Translations under genes and position numbers: made by a program
Part shown: positions 46,953 through 61,005 of the stretch, in pieces
How positions within the stretch are numbered: the stretch's first letter is position 1
Layout: every line of letters starts with the position of its first letter
The notes under the pieces: generated by a model
What the model saw: the letters and a program-made list of their open reading frames with translations, nothing else
What the model was told of the DNA's origin: nothing
Databases searched by the model: none
NCBI GenBank assembly: GCA_950097015.1
Contig: CATNEN010000003.1
Location: forward strand, 13,826,001-13,890,000
Source of the DNA: Macrostomum hystrix
Taxonomy: Eukaryota; Animalia; Platyhelminthes
DNA: 64,000 nucleotides
Direction of reading: 5' to 3'

Positions 46953-49494
46953 TTTGCTTAGAATATACTTTTCTTAAAAGTATTAGCATACATAAATCAG
47001 CTTACAGCCGACTATACGTTCTTGTTAATTGGCCTACCTAGTAAAACACTACTGTAAGTAGTGGCTGTTTAAAAACTTTGCTTTATGATACCATGTTTTT
47101 CAGTTTCATTCCAAAGCAAAAATTATGTAGTTCAACGTGCAAATATATAATTCAGATTGCCCTTCTTGTATTTTAATTTCAAGCTTTCTTTTATTCTGTC
47201 CAGTAATGCAATTTTTCGCCGAAATTTAATTAGCAAGTTCTTAAAAGTTTATTAATTGTGCTGTCTTGGCTCATATGAAATAAATAAGCTATTTCAGACT
47301 TATATATTATTAACCTACTCGTTATACATACTTCAAAGTTTTTTTGTGCTCCCTGCGAGCGTATTAATTACTTAGTGATTATGTGTCAATAAAGTAGTAA
47401 CGATTTCCAATTGGCTTTGCTCTTCTGTTTTTGTATAGCTAGCAGGCCGAAACTTAAGGCTTTGAAACTTGGCTGTTTTAACGTGTTTTAAAAAGCTCTC
47501 AAAATTTGAATTCGCGCTGAAACTTATTTACGAGTATCGTTATTTAGAATATTCATAAATAATGAAACTTGATAAAAAGCTTCTAGCAGCTAATAAGATT
47601 TAAGTGCGAACTCAAATTTCTTTTTTGAATCTGTTTGTTTTGCAATGCAACGAAAATTGTTTATTTCTTTTGTTTGTTTCTTCTCCTCATATCTCTACTC
47701 TGCCACTGTGAGCTACACATAAACCGCTTCTTACTTTATCGATCCAAAGATGTTTTTTCTTTTCCCAATCGTCCAATCACTTTTCAGTAAAAGTTTTTTT
47801 ACTTTCACGCAATTTATTTTTCTGCAAGCATTTTTTCTGTTTACTTGTCTAGCTGTTTAGCTAGGAACTAGGACTAGCAGAGATAAAACGAAGGCGAGTT
47901 TTTTGCTGTCTATAGTTTTTCTTTTCTTTTAGCAGATAGGCAATAGTAAGTGTTCGTTATAAACATAAACTATACCCTATTCCATGGGGTGAAATTTTTT
48001 AGATGAACGAGCGGCTTAAGAGTGTACTTTAATAGTTTGTAATTCCGTGTTTTGTTCGTGTATTGCTCGTCGCTTTTTGCCGCCATTAAGTTTTTCTTGC
48101 AATTGTGTCTGCAGCTTATGTACGAGCGTATATTATGTCTAAATGGCTATCTTACTTTAATTACTTTTCCTTTTATCGAAGACTCCACCTACCGTTAATT
48201 ATTGTCGGAATTGTGTGTCTATTATAGGCACTCGATGGGCAAGGACCATTTACAAACGTTTTGTGGCACCATAATTGTGTTGTTGATAACTAGAACAAAT
48301 CCTTTGATAATTGTTCGTCCATTTTTGTGCCTGTGAAGTTAAAGTTAGTCGTAAAAATATTACTCGATAATAAACATTAAATCGTCAATCATGCACAATA
48401 AGGCGTTGAAAATTATTTCCGGGATGAGTTTGTTTCCACAAAAATTCTTATAACTTACTTATTTATCAATCCGCAGCTATATAACGTCTTGTATACCACT
48501 GAAACGCTACAGTTTTTAAAATGCATAAGGGTTAGTAAGTAGACATGGAGGCAGATTGACACTGACAAACTTCCGCCTCGCGAAATTTTCTCTAAATATC
48601 ATTTAAAATATAACGAAATTTAAGTTTCGTTACACAAAAATAACCATGAATACTGTATCTGTGTAAACAAATGAGTAACTGCAGTCTACGAAATATTACA
48701 AAGTACTTATATTCACAAACAACTGTTTTAGGATTTCACTGCAGCATAAATTTTAGGTATATCATTTTCGAAAAAAAACTTGAGATTTATACTATCCAGT
48801 GTAACTATCTAAGCGTTCATGGTAATACAAACAAATGAATTTCTGAATGACAATTCAGTGAAGCTAAACTTCTGAAAAACTAGAGCGATCCGTAAATATA
48901 TAAACTGATATTTGGGACTCTAAAGTAATCGGATTAGTGGCAGCTACAACATTTCCATTAACTCATCTTTTGTGGCTTTGGCGGCTTCAATGTGAAATAA
49001 AAGAACAATATAATTTAAACAAAACTTAAACTGCTTTAATTATTATTATGCTATTTGTTGTTTAGCATATACAATATAACATTTTAAACTCAAGAGACCA
49101 GTATTATTTTCTAATGTTTTTCATTCTTTGCTAAAGTTCAGTACGAATCAGCTGATAATTATAAATATATAAATATCTGTATGTACGTCAAATTGTTTCC
49201 TATACAAGCGAAACATTTATGGCTGTCCATGGGTTTTCTTATTAAATGGTTGGAATCGAAGACGAAGAGAGTAAGGAGTTAGGTGCATCGTTCGATCCAG
49301 ACTCTTTAAACCACTTAGTCGAAAACATTCTGCTGACTTTGTCACAGCTCAATACTGATTCAGACCCCCACCGTGAAACTGACGAAGAAAACCAAGAGGA
49401 AAGAAGCCGACAAAACTCGACATTTCCTCGCGAGGATAGCACAAATCGTACCCGTGTTAGTGAACCTTTTTCTTCTTCCAGGCGTGGCAACGCA

Positions 49495-52400
49495 ATGACT
49501 ATTTTGCCCAAGAAGAAGGCGCACAAAGAGAGAAACGATCAAAGAGAACATCGTCACCATGCCCATGGACATGGTGCCACCTCTTCGCAAGCTTCTGGTT
49601 ATTCAGAGTTTGGCCAGGAGTCAGTACGCGTCCCGCACTCAGATCTGGATCATCGCCCTGGAAACTTGGCTGAAATGATGCATGCTCATGGGCATGGACA
49701 CCTTCATGCTAACCCTTACCAACCTCAGCCAGCATCATTTTCTGAAATGCCAAGTGCTGATTCCTATAACAGGCAGCCCCTTGGAGACAGGGGTGCTACT
49801 TCAAGCTCTTCAATAGTTGGTCGTCATGAGTGGAATATGTCAATGGGCTCTAGAAAAGAAAGGCCAACAGCTCAGTTTGATTTAGAAACTGCTTGCCATG
49901 CAAAGAAAAGATGCTTGTCTCCTGGATTTGCTGAGAAAAAATTTCCACCTGCCAAACAAGGTGCAAACTGTAGTGGCCACCCTGCTCATCAAGGACTTTA
50001 TTCAACATCACAATCTCACTCAAAAGGACTGCTACCTGGCTCGTCAGCTCAAGAAGAACTATCTAACTCTGACGATAACAATAGTGAAGATGAATATTAT
50101 GGCAATATCACAAGAAAAAATATTGAGGTAAGATATTGATTTATAAGCCTACTTAAATGTTGTGGTATATAGTTATAGTTTTTATTATAATATCTAGCTT
50201 TATATTAATTTTAATGGGCTATTTTTTATAAGACTAGAAGCTTAGCCAATAAATTTAGCTCTATTAATGTAAAAGAGTTAAGGTAAATAGGCCCTATGCT
50301 CAAATTATATAGCAAGGTATTGTTTAAGTAGGCCTATGTAATTTAAGTTCTAGCTATAAAGCACAGTGCTTTAAAAAATTAAAAGTTAACTATAGCTAGT
50401 TTCTTTCATTTGTACTTTCTAATTACTAGGCTAAATTACTATTAAATTTATCCTTTTTAATAATAAGAATAAAATGATGTTGGTAACATTTTACCACACT
50501 CTTTATTCATATTAAAAACCTTATTGTGTAGTGGACTATGTTAAATTTACTACATTAATTTAAGAACCTTCATTTCCGGCTTGGACTATAGTCCAGTGTG
50601 GTAAAAACCACTAACTTCACTGCAGGGTAATGTGTTGACATTACAATGGGGTAAAGTTAGTGGTAAACTGTAAAATTTTGCTAACATATAAAATGAATAT
50701 TTTATAATTTTTCTTTAGCCCCAATGAAGTCTAAGCTAAATATAAATTGATCTGTTGTCTAAAGTATGATTAGCAAAAGTAGGAAACTATATTTATTTTG
50801 CATTGTGTTCTAGAAAAGATTGTGCCTATTTGGCTGGCCAGTTCTAAAAGAAGGTTAGAAAAAATGTGTTAATACATTTTTGATTCTCTTTAGGGTAATG
50901 TATCATCAACCGAACAGTGTATCTTCAAAACCAAACAAGAATTTTAATTCCTTCCTTGGTCTCATGTAAGACAAACAAGCTATTGTGTTTCACAGAACAA
51001 CTAATTTAAAAGTCAACGAAATTATCTATAAGCTGAGGCATAACATGCAATGAAGCATTAAAGGAAGGAAAGATATGGACATTTCAGTAGAAATTTTTAT
51101 CACAAAAGCAAACTTTTTAACATTTTATCAGCATGTACTTTAGACTAAGATTGTATGCGGTTGCTTTCCAATTAAATGACCATAAATGTAGTTATTTATA
51201 GAGCATGAAAAATGCTATCAAATGACATAATTCATGATAGTTCACTCCTTAAAATAAGATTAAACCACTCACTCAAATTGTAAAACTGAACATCAAATTC
51301 TTCGTTCAGTTTGAAGATACATGAAAATCATTGTTTCGGTTTTAGATGAAAAACATGAAAAACTTTTTTCCTATTTGACAAAATAGCAAAAGCATATACT
51401 TTTTAGAAAGTTATAAATGCTTTCTATAACTTGGCTTTTGATTTATAATCATATCTTAAATAGAAAATCTGAAGCTTAGGTTCAAAGTAAAAAAATCCAT
51501 ATTCTTGTTTGGTTGGTGATACATTACCCTATATTATAATAAAAAGTACAATGTAAGTTTTCATTAACACAGACTATTAAGTAGATCATAATGCCAGATT
51601 TAGTAAATTTATCCCTGATTAGATTAAAAAGCCACCATTGTCCTCGTTTGTTAACAATTGTGTGTATTTTTACATTTTTTATTTTCTAAACAGGATGAAG
51701 AAAAGTTTGCTCAGATGATGGAGAAAAAAGGCTGGTGCATCAAACAGATGGCTAGCGATGGCGCTTGCCTATTTCGCGCCGTGGCTGACCAGATCTATGG
51801 CGATCAGGAGATGCATGATGAGGTTAGTTTTGCTTCTTTAAGTTTACTTTTTATGAAATTTCCATGCGGCACATCCTGCTGTTTTAGATCAGAAGCATCG
51901 ACCCACCTGATCTTTAGGTTGGGGTCTGGACTTTTGTACCAGATCCTCACATTGGGATCAGCAACCTACCAGATCCTCAGTTTGGGATCAGCATTCTCAC
52001 TCTGAGTCTCACATCTTCCCTTATCCTCAGGTGCGCACCAACTGCCTGAACTACATGAGCAAGAATGAGGAGCACTTCTCTCAATACGTCACCGAGGACT
52101 TCGCCAAGTACATTGCTAGGAAGCGCAATATTCACTGCCATGGAAACCATCTGGAAATTCAAGCCCTGGCTGAAGTGTACAATCGGCCAATTGAGATCTA
52201 CTATTATGATATTGGTAAGGCTGCGTTGTCTACACATGAATGCAATAAATGGGATAATATAATCCAGTATACTAACCAAACTCCTGAAGATAATCCTCAC
52301 CGAATCCCTAAAGAAATTCCCATTGAACTCACGAGGAGAATCCTGATTAAACCCCTGAGGAGAAGCCTCACCAAACCTCTGAGTAGAATCCCCACAAAAG

Positions 52401-54583
52401 CCCTGAGGAGAATCCCCACCAAGCCCTGAGGAGAATCCCCACCAAACCTCTGAGTAGAATCCCCACCAAACCCCTGAAGAGAATCCCCACCAAACCCTGA
52501 AGAGAATCCCCACCAAACCTCTGAGTAGAATCCCCACCAAGCCCTGAGGAGAATCCCCACCAAGCCCTGGGGAGAATCCCCACCAAGCCCTGAGGAGAAT
52601 CCCCACCAAACCCCTGAAGAGAATCCCCATCCCCACCAAACCCTGAAGAGAATCCCCACCAAACCTCTGAGTAGAATCCCCACCAAGCCCTGAGGAGAAT
52701 CCCCACCAAGCCCTGAGGAGAATCCCCACCAAGCCCTGAAGAGAATCCCACACCAAACCCCTGAGGAGAATCCCTACCAAACCCCTGAGGAGAATCCCTA
52801 CCAAAACCTCTGAGTAGAATCCCCACCAAACCTCTGAGTAGAATCCCCACCAAGCCCTGAGGAGAATCCCCACCAAGCCCTGAGGAGAATCCCCACCAAA
52901 CCCTGAAAAGAATCCCCACCAAACCTCTGAGTAGAATCCCCACCAAGCCCTGAGGAGAATCCCTACCAAACCCCTGAGGAGAAGCCTCAACCAACCCCTG
53001 AGGAGAATCCCCACCAAACCCCTGAGGAGAATCCCTACCAAACCCCTGAGGAGAAGCCTCACCCAACCCCTGAGGAGAAGCCCCACAAAATCCCTGAAAA
53101 TAATCCCTGGATCCCCTCAAAACCCCTGAAGACCTAAATCCTATTTAGAAAATCCTAATCCCCACAAGATCCCGAATCCCCACCAAACCCCTGAGGGAAA
53201 TCGCCGCCATCCTCTATCTAAGAGCTTTTAATCCCTCACATCATGCCAAAAATACAATTTCGCCCAGAGCCTCGCAACGTGTTCCAAGGAGAGTACAAAA
53301 CAGATTATCCGCCAATCCGGCTCAGCTATCACGGCAGTGTGCATTACAATTCCATTCGGGAGCCTTACTCGGCCACTGTTGGCATCGGCCTAGGACTGCC
53401 CGAGTTTCAGCCGGGCCTAGCTGATAAACAGCTATTATCCGAGGCTATCAAACGATCGGAAGAGAATCAGATTGAAGAAGCCATGCTAAAGGATAAAATG
53501 CGCGACTCAGATTGGGATGTGATGCAGAGCCAGATTGAGAGCCAGATTGCTCAGGAGAGCTATAAGGATTATGTCAACTCTAGGCTCGGAGGTGAGGCTT
53601 TGCCTATTTGCTGTCAGAGAAATGAAAGATTTCAGTGACAGCAGACACCTTACAGTGATTGACAAATGGTAGATTTCAGTGATTGACAGCTGATAGATTT
53701 CAGTGATTGACAGCTGATAGATTTCTGTGATTGACAGCTGATAGATTTCAGTGATTGACAGTTGGTAGATTTCAGTGATTGACAGCTGGTAGATTTCAGT
53801 GATTGACAGCTGATAGATTTCAGTGATTGACAGCTGGTAGATTTCAGTGATTGACAGTTGGTAGATTTCAGTGATTGACAGCTGGTAGATTTCAGTGATT
53901 GACAGCTGATAGATTTCAGTGATTGACAGCTGGTAGATTTCAGTGATTGACAGTTGGTAGGTTTCAGTGATTGACAGCTGATAGATTTCAGTGATTGACA
54001 GCTGGTAGATTTCAGTGATTGACAGCTGGTAGATTTCAGTGATTGACAGCTGGTAGATTTCAGTGATTGACAGCTGGTAGATTTATTTGTAGACTTCAGT
54101 TATCGCAGTCACCATTCTCACTTGACTCTTGACATTGTTGCAGCTTCCAATGCTTCATCCACGGCCGCAGCCTGTGGTGGCGCATCTCCTGGCAGTGGTA
54201 AGCGAAGTCCTCGCTCCACAAAGCAACATCAGCAACAGCATCAGCAGCACCATCAGCATCCGGCTTTGCTGCCATTGTCTCCGCGCGGTTCGCCGCCAAT
54301 CGCTGCAGCGGCTGTTGAATCGTTAACAGCCGCGGCTTCCGTCACCGCGCCAGAATTTGATCCTGGTCTGGCTAGCGGCGGTGCATCGGCCGTTCCGGCT
54401 GCTAATCTAGTCGACTACCTGCCGGCGGAGATGTCAAACTGGGACGAGAACGCCATCCTGGCTAGGGCCCTGGCCGAATCCACTCTGCACTATTACGAAT
54501 CTATGCGGCGAGATCATAGTCGCCTAGGAGACAGCGGAGGTAACTACAACTCTAGCCAACCCGGCTGCTCGAAGCATAGCTAA
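49495..54583 (+). CDS. OTUD5: OTU deubiquitinase 5 (DUBA) homolog, ~586 aa
   Basis: Exons 49495-50127, 51694-51822, 52031-52214, 53268-53591, 54093-54583 join in frame. Conserved N-terminus MTILPKKK; NSEDEY; catalytic [20 protein letters not shown]; [18 protein letters not shown]; [14 protein letters not shown]; UIM-like ILARALAES. Confidence 0.92.
50893..51529. mobile_element. Tc1/mariner (pogo-like) MITE in OTUD5 intron 1
   Basis: ~25-bp TIRs gggtaatgtatca(t/c)caacc(g/a)aaca / tgtttggttggtgatacattaccc, flanked by TA on both sides. Confidence 0.75.
52330..53200. repeat. ~25-bp minisatellite (OTUD5 intron 3)
   Basis: Unit ccctgaggagaatccccaccaa(a/g). Confidence 0.95.
53650..54083. repeat. 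24-bp minisatellite (OTUD5 intron 4)
   Basis: Unit cagtgattgacagctg(g/a)tagattt, ~18 copies, running up to the acceptor site. Confidence 0.95.
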
Positions 54584-57500
54584 ACTGTTAAATCATCTGA
54601 GGGCCTGTGGGTATATTTTTCTAAGAAACTGTTAACTAATTAGATGACGAGGCATTTAGGTATTCGGATATACTTTTTTGGCTGGTCGTTTTTTCACCCT
54701 TTGCTCTACTGATTGAATAGAAAATATGGAATAATAAATCTGCAAGATTATTCCTTCACTTGTAGCTGTGGGCTTTCCTGTTTATTTCCTGTTAGGTTTT
54801 CTTCGCTTCTGTTTGTTTATTTGTTAATTATTTCATTTTTAAACTTGTCAACACTATTGAGTACGTACTGTGTCAGGTTTTGTTTTAATATTTTGCATTG
54901 CTGTCTAGTGTATGTGTCTTCTTAGTTTTATCTGCTGTTTAGATTGCAAATTTCTCTTTTATTTGTTGCTTTCAGAAACAATAGCTCGTGATTTTGTGTA
55001 TTTTAAGGCAAAACAAAAATCATTAATACACTTTTAGTACTATAAAAGTTTATATTTGCATGTCACCAGTAATTTGAGTGCCTCTGTAGCTTAAGTTAAA
55101 ATATCATGTATCAAAACTACTTTCAATATGTTTTCCTGAATTATTCAATCTTTTATTCTGGTTTTTTTTCTTTAAAAGCCTTTCGAACGTCGGTCTAGAT
55201 TTCTCGCATGTAAAAACAGCTTAAATTCGCGCCATGAATGTAGTTTATAATAGCTTACTAGTTTATCAGCCTTATTATTCAGTTTTAATATGTATGGGAA
55301 GAATAAGTACCTTAAAAATTAGAGGCATGAAAACATGATTATTTTTGTTATCTTTCGCGCGAGTTTGAACCATCACTCTAGTAAGTCGGGTAATATGAAA
55401 AACAACCCTTATTATATTTTGTTATACTCGTAAAAAGCTTTCACTTCAACCAATAGCAGAACACTATAGCTTAGTTCTTTTTATCCTTTGCGCCCGTCTG
55501 TTAATTACTTGTGTTGGTTTAGTTTTTTAATAATAAAACAACAAATATTTCTGCTATGTCTGCAATGTAATCAATTAAAGTTAGTTTACCTGTAGCCGAT
55601 GAACTGTGCAAACTAGAATTTTCGCTGATACGCTTTGCATACTACTGCCAGTAAGTTCACTAGATGTAGTTTTATTTCATTTTAAAGTTAATTTTGTCTC
55701 CCAGCATACTCATAATATACCCGGCCTACTGTAACACATTTAAATCCATACTGAATGAGCATCTCTGTTCTGTCAATATTGTTGTTAATATTAAAGTACT
55801 TATAGTATAATATAAACTTTATATACTTTTAGCAAATAAATTACTACACGTGCATTATTCTCAACTTTCACAAGCTCAGTTATTTATAATATTGTATTGT
55901 GTGTATTTATGTCGGACAAAAGTGTTTGTGCCTAAATAAATAATTGTTATCCCACAACACAATGGTCTCTAAGCTGTTTATATTTTCTTCCGGATAGGTA
56001 ACATTAATTGTTCTTTTTTTCTTTACTATTATTGTTCTTTTTTTTATGTTCTATTAGAATTTGTGTACTCCATGTGAAAAGGTGTATGCCTACTTTTATA
56101 TCGTACATAACTACTTTCTAGTGTGTTGCTATGCAAGAATTTTGTTTAATAGTAAATAAATCTACGCAACATTTTCCTGCAAAAATCTAAACATTGGTTG
56201 GATAGTTAGCTTGGTTGTTGGCCATGCTATTAATTATTTTCTGTTGGCTTCATAATAAGAAACTTATTTGTTCTTTAAATGACTACTTTTGCCCATATTT
56301 TTTCATGAATTTTTTAGTTTAATTGCATTGGTTCAGAAGAATGAGACTAGAAATTAAATCCTGTATCGAACAAATAATTTTAAGAACAAATAATAAGGCG
56401 TAGTGCAGCAAGGATGCCAGAGTCCACGATATCGCCAAAACCGTATCTATATGTTATAAAGCTGAGAGATTATATAAATTTTCAACCTGCGTAGGGGCCT
56501 TCCGTATGATAATAAAGTACAAAAAACAAAAATGCTCTGCACTTTTGAATGTAGATGTACCGTACCAGTGAAAAGGAAGTTTTGCACGATTACCACACTG
56601 CAAAATTTTAACTTATAGACCGCATCGAAATTAACGTAGCTTTAAAATGGCAAGGATATAATTACGAAATGAATTTACTATTATTTTTTTCTACATAATA
56701 ACATGATACAGTAGTACAGTTCTTGTTCTCGCCTAGTTTTGTTCACTTTCTATTTGAAGCTACAGGGAACGTAAAACGGCGAAGTTTATTGTGCTTTCCG
56801 TCTCGCAGCTAAATCATTTCTGCAACATTTTTCTGTTATTTGGTTTTTAAGTCACGGATTTATTGTTGCATTTTCCGGTATAAATCAGTTAACGATTATT
56901 TATTTGGTCAGCTGATTATGCAGGGCGTGAAATTTAAAGTTGATACAAGTTACCGCTCATTCGCAAATCTTTGTGCAACTGCTTGTCTAATCATGTGACT
57001 TAATCATGTGATCAAGAGGCAGTTATTGTAGTAGTCTTAAAAGCAAGTTTTAGGTTTCCATGCGCAGCTAAGCTTGTTCAGCTCTGGTTTTTTTCTGACC
57101 GATGTATTTCTTTTGCTGTATATATATATTTTGTTTTATACAATACAAGAAAGGACATGTACTTTAAACTTATATTCATAGGTTCTGTATGTATATGTAT
57201 ATGCATATTATTGTAATTTACTTTTTATATTACTGAGTATCATGTATCATGTGAGACTTTGTTACCCCTTCTATTTTTAATAAGTAACTTTAGCTAACCT
57301 TAAGTTAGCTACTAGAACAGGTTAGACCTAGGTCCATTGCTTTATTATACTTAATCAATATTTTAGCATTTATTTACTACTTTTTGCTTTTGCTTTGTGT
57401 AAACTTCTTCATAGGCCTATGGATATGTAGAAATAAATAATTAAAGTATGTTTTCTGGCATTTTATATAGTTCTTAGTTTTGCCTTTGGGTAGTTAATTG

Positions 57501-58199
57501 ACATTTAAAATTGTACATATGTAAATTTCTATTTGCTTAGCTGGCTATATTATTTAATTTGAATATTTTTAGGACTTTAATGGCAAAATAAAGGCATATT
57601 TATATAAAAATCTCAATTTGTCCTGATGAACATTATTGTTAAAAGCTATGAATTTTTTTTACAATTTTTATTTCTATTGACTGTTGGTGATGACTTTGGA
57701 CATCAGGTAAATTGGGTAGGCATAGCAACCCCCAAGTCTTGTCTCTTTGACTGTACCCTAATTTATGGGGCCTAATTTTATAATTAATAAATAGTATGAC
57801 CTTGATACAAGAGTTAGAAATAATAGCTAGCTATATGACTTTTTATTCCTAAGTTATTCATTCTTTAATATTACAACCTAAATTCTAATGCCTAATGCTT
57901 TTAGTATCTAAACTGCCATCAATAACCTGTTTGACACTATTAATTCAATAGCATCAAGTAGGAAATGAGACTTCAAAATGAATGCACCTATTTTAATTAC
58001 AATTCTATGTATAATTTGCAATCTATAATAGTTTTTTTCAAATTTTTTGTTTGAAAACTTATAATATAAGCTAGTTTTTAGATGCTAAATAGTTTCTAAT
58101 CTATAGGAAAGAGGGATGGCTAGTATTGCTTGGTAGAATAAAGGAAAGTTAGACTTGTAACTAAATCCTACATAAAAGTTCATTTGAGATGCTATAAAT

Positions 58200-59200
58200 A
58201 CTCCCCCTGAACAAGTAAGAAGAGTGACATTGTCATTAAAATAGACGCCTTTTATGGAGCGTTGTTGTATTGACAAAAATGGGTTGACAACAGGGTTTGA
58301 ATTGGCAGTCATTGAGCGCGTCTGAGGATCTGGCAGGCGAGCCGGTTTGATGCGTTCTATCGAGGCAACTTCAGGTTGCCATTGATCTCCAGGGTCATTG
58401 TGTTGGCGCAGCGGTGGATGACCTTGAAAGGACCCTGATATGGTGCTTCCAATGGTTTTCTCACACAATCTAATCGAAGCCAAGCAAATTCACAGGTCGA
58501 TAGGTCGGACGGAGGGTGAACTGGTCGATGCTGCATCCGTGGCAGTCGGTACGGGAAGAATAAACCGTGATGGCTTTGTGCGAGTTTTCGATTGTTGGAG
58601 TCGTCAGCAACGATTGGCCGAACAAGTGGCTGTTCATCGGTTACGGTGGAAAATGGAGAATTGCCAGTGTCATCCGGATAAATACGCAGACCAAAAAGAA
58701 CGACATTCAGTTGAGATAGCCATGAACGACCTCGTGCGCGAAGACTGGCTTTGAGAGAGAACGTTCTATCACCCCGTAAGGTTTAGGATTGTAAGCTGAC
58801 ATGCGAATGTGGTGAACACCGAGAAGTGTCACCAGGTCGGCCATCAGCTCAGAGCGAAACAATGTCCCTTGAGCAGTAACCAGGGTTAATGAATCTATAT
58901 GAATCTATAACGGTGAGAAGATAGTGACGCTGCGGTGTCGATAAGTCGTCGGGCTCCGGAGGTGGAAGTGGTCCCACTAAATCCATGTGGACAGTCGTAT
59001 AAAACGCTGTTTGAGGCACAGTAGGAAATGAACTGGGCGTTGAATGTGACGCCCAACTTTAGCGGCTTGGCACTGGAGACAAGTTATCCAATTCTGTACG
59101 TTTCAGATTTCATGCAGGGCCAAAAAACGATGGGCAACTAGGCGTAGTGTGGCCTTGACCCCGGCATGTGATTGGGTTGTGACGTCTCACAGTAAAGTGG
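58200..59200 (-). pseudogene. Decayed Ty3/Gypsy LTR-retrotransposon integrase fragment
   Basis: Minus-strand translation gives TTVHMDLVGPLP...HYLLTVID and LKASLRAR..SWLSQLNVVLFGLRIYP...SPF, interrupted by stops and frameshifts; GC-richer than flanks. Confidence 0.7.
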
Positions 59201-60789
59201 ACAGTCAGGTAGACCAATGTAATTTTTTATCATTTATATTTTCCCAAATCAAGTAAGATTATTACACTTTTAAGACTTTAGTTTCTGTTTGTGAACTTTT
59301 ATTGTTCACTTTTGCATCTAGAAGTTTTCTTAGCATTTTTTGTTTTATGTATTCTCTACGATCTTTTCTTAAACAATTAGGGTGAACTTTTACTATTTTA
59401 GGAAATTTGCACCGTTTGACACTTCAAGTTTTAACTATAGGTTTTGCTATAGGTTAGCATAAAGCTCTGGTTCTTACTGAATGAAGCCTAGATAACAAGG
59501 CAGAAGCATTGAGTGCATGCTCAAGGATTTCTTTGTGCTCGTGCGCATCAGCCAGGGGGCAGCGGGGTAAAGAGAAGACTGACAAAAAATCGTAGTGACA
59601 ACCAGTACTTAAGGATTCCTCCCATCGATCTTGTCTCCCACTCCACACGGAGAGAGAGAGACCGCTGCATAGGTTGCCTATCGGATTTTGAAGCTTAAAC
59701 TATTTGCAGTCCTTTTACTATCAGTGCCTAGCGTGTTGCACTATTAAGATAAGTTGTCTGTCCGTGCGTCAGTCTGTTTCTAGATTCGTTGACGCGTTGT
59801 TCGTTTCTTTTAGAAAGAAAAAAAAGTTATCCGAACACGAAGTACTATTGAGAAGCTGGCCTGATTTAGTATGCATAACACACTTGTCGGATTCTGTCTG
59901 GCATTTGTAAATCGCCTTTCTCAGTCTCCAATTTGTTATCTGTTTCTCCTAGTCTATCCACCCTCCAGCTAGCAGCACTAGATGCACAGAATCTGGTACA
60001 GGTCCTTTACCGATCGCCCAGTTCCTAGTGGATACGGCCTCGGCGCCGCTTCCTTCATTTTAATTGGATGCAGCCTTCGATCTCGTCGCGCATGTCTAGA
60101 AGTTTTTTTTTCTCTCTCTCCGAATTGTCGACTAAAAAGGAGCCTCCCTTTTTCTAGCTCGCCTTCTGTCTTTTCTCTCTCTGCAGGCTGTCTGTGCTTC
60201 GCCAATTTCTTTCGATTTCTCTAAAATAGATTTCTCCAAGTGAATGCTCCTTGACCTCATCTTCTGTCTGTCGTTTTTCTTGTTTTCTCTCTCTATTACT
60301 CACTTATATAGTTTTTCTACGCATAGAAAATTTACTTGTATAATAAGAGCAAAGTCTATTTTTAAATAGTAATCAGTACCATTTTATCACTACTTAATTA
60401 TAACGTAAGTTTTCTTGTCGCTTATTTATGCAGTTTTTGGCCTTTTAAACTTGCACTATTTTGGCAGTTTAGCATTTTGTATATTATTGTGCCTCAAAAG
60501 ACGCGATCTAAGTTTGATTGATCAATAAAATCCTGTCTGAGTTGAGTTAAAGGTGAGACTGGCCTTCAATAGAATAGTGGATCACTCCCACGGACCCGCA
60601 GCATGGGCCTTGAAGAGAGTCGACCTGTAGGCGCCATCTTCAGTGCCACACCGGCCTCGTCTGGACCAAAATCTGTCAGACGTCGGTCTGTGTCCTGGGG
60701 CAGCATTCACCGCTGCTCGCTGAACGAATGGGCTCGAGGTCATCACGGTGAGAACTTTATTTGGAGAAAATGATTATTCTATACAGATT

Positions 60790-61005
60790 CCGACTCACGA
60801 CTTTAAGGTCGGGGGTTCGATTCCCGACTTCACTAGAAAAATTTGTGTCCACTTAGCAAGACACTTAACTCTACAAGCTCGTAGATTGCTTCAGTTTACC
60901 CAGCTGTTACAACAGATACACAGTCTTAGCTGGGTAGTTGAGGGTGGGTGTAGCGTCCCCCCAGTCCATGGACTGAACAGCCGTACGCAGCTAGCAATCA
61001 ATTAT
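60790..61005 (+). mobile_element. tRNA-derived SINE, family A, truncated copy
   Basis: gactcacgactttaaggtcgggggttcgattcccgact...ttagcaagacacttaactct...cccagctgtt...gcgtccccccagtccatggactgaacagccgtacgcagc matches the reverse complement of 8040-8230. Confidence 0.8.

Noticed and set aside
51977-53120. Long minus-strand ORFs (369 and 250 aa)
   Set aside because: Antisense translation of the OTUD5 intron 3 minisatellite.
59450-60750. GC-richer patches with short ORFs, possibly Gag or exon remnants next to the Gypsy integrase
   Set aside because: No conserved motif or consistent splice structure; cannot be assigned without a search.
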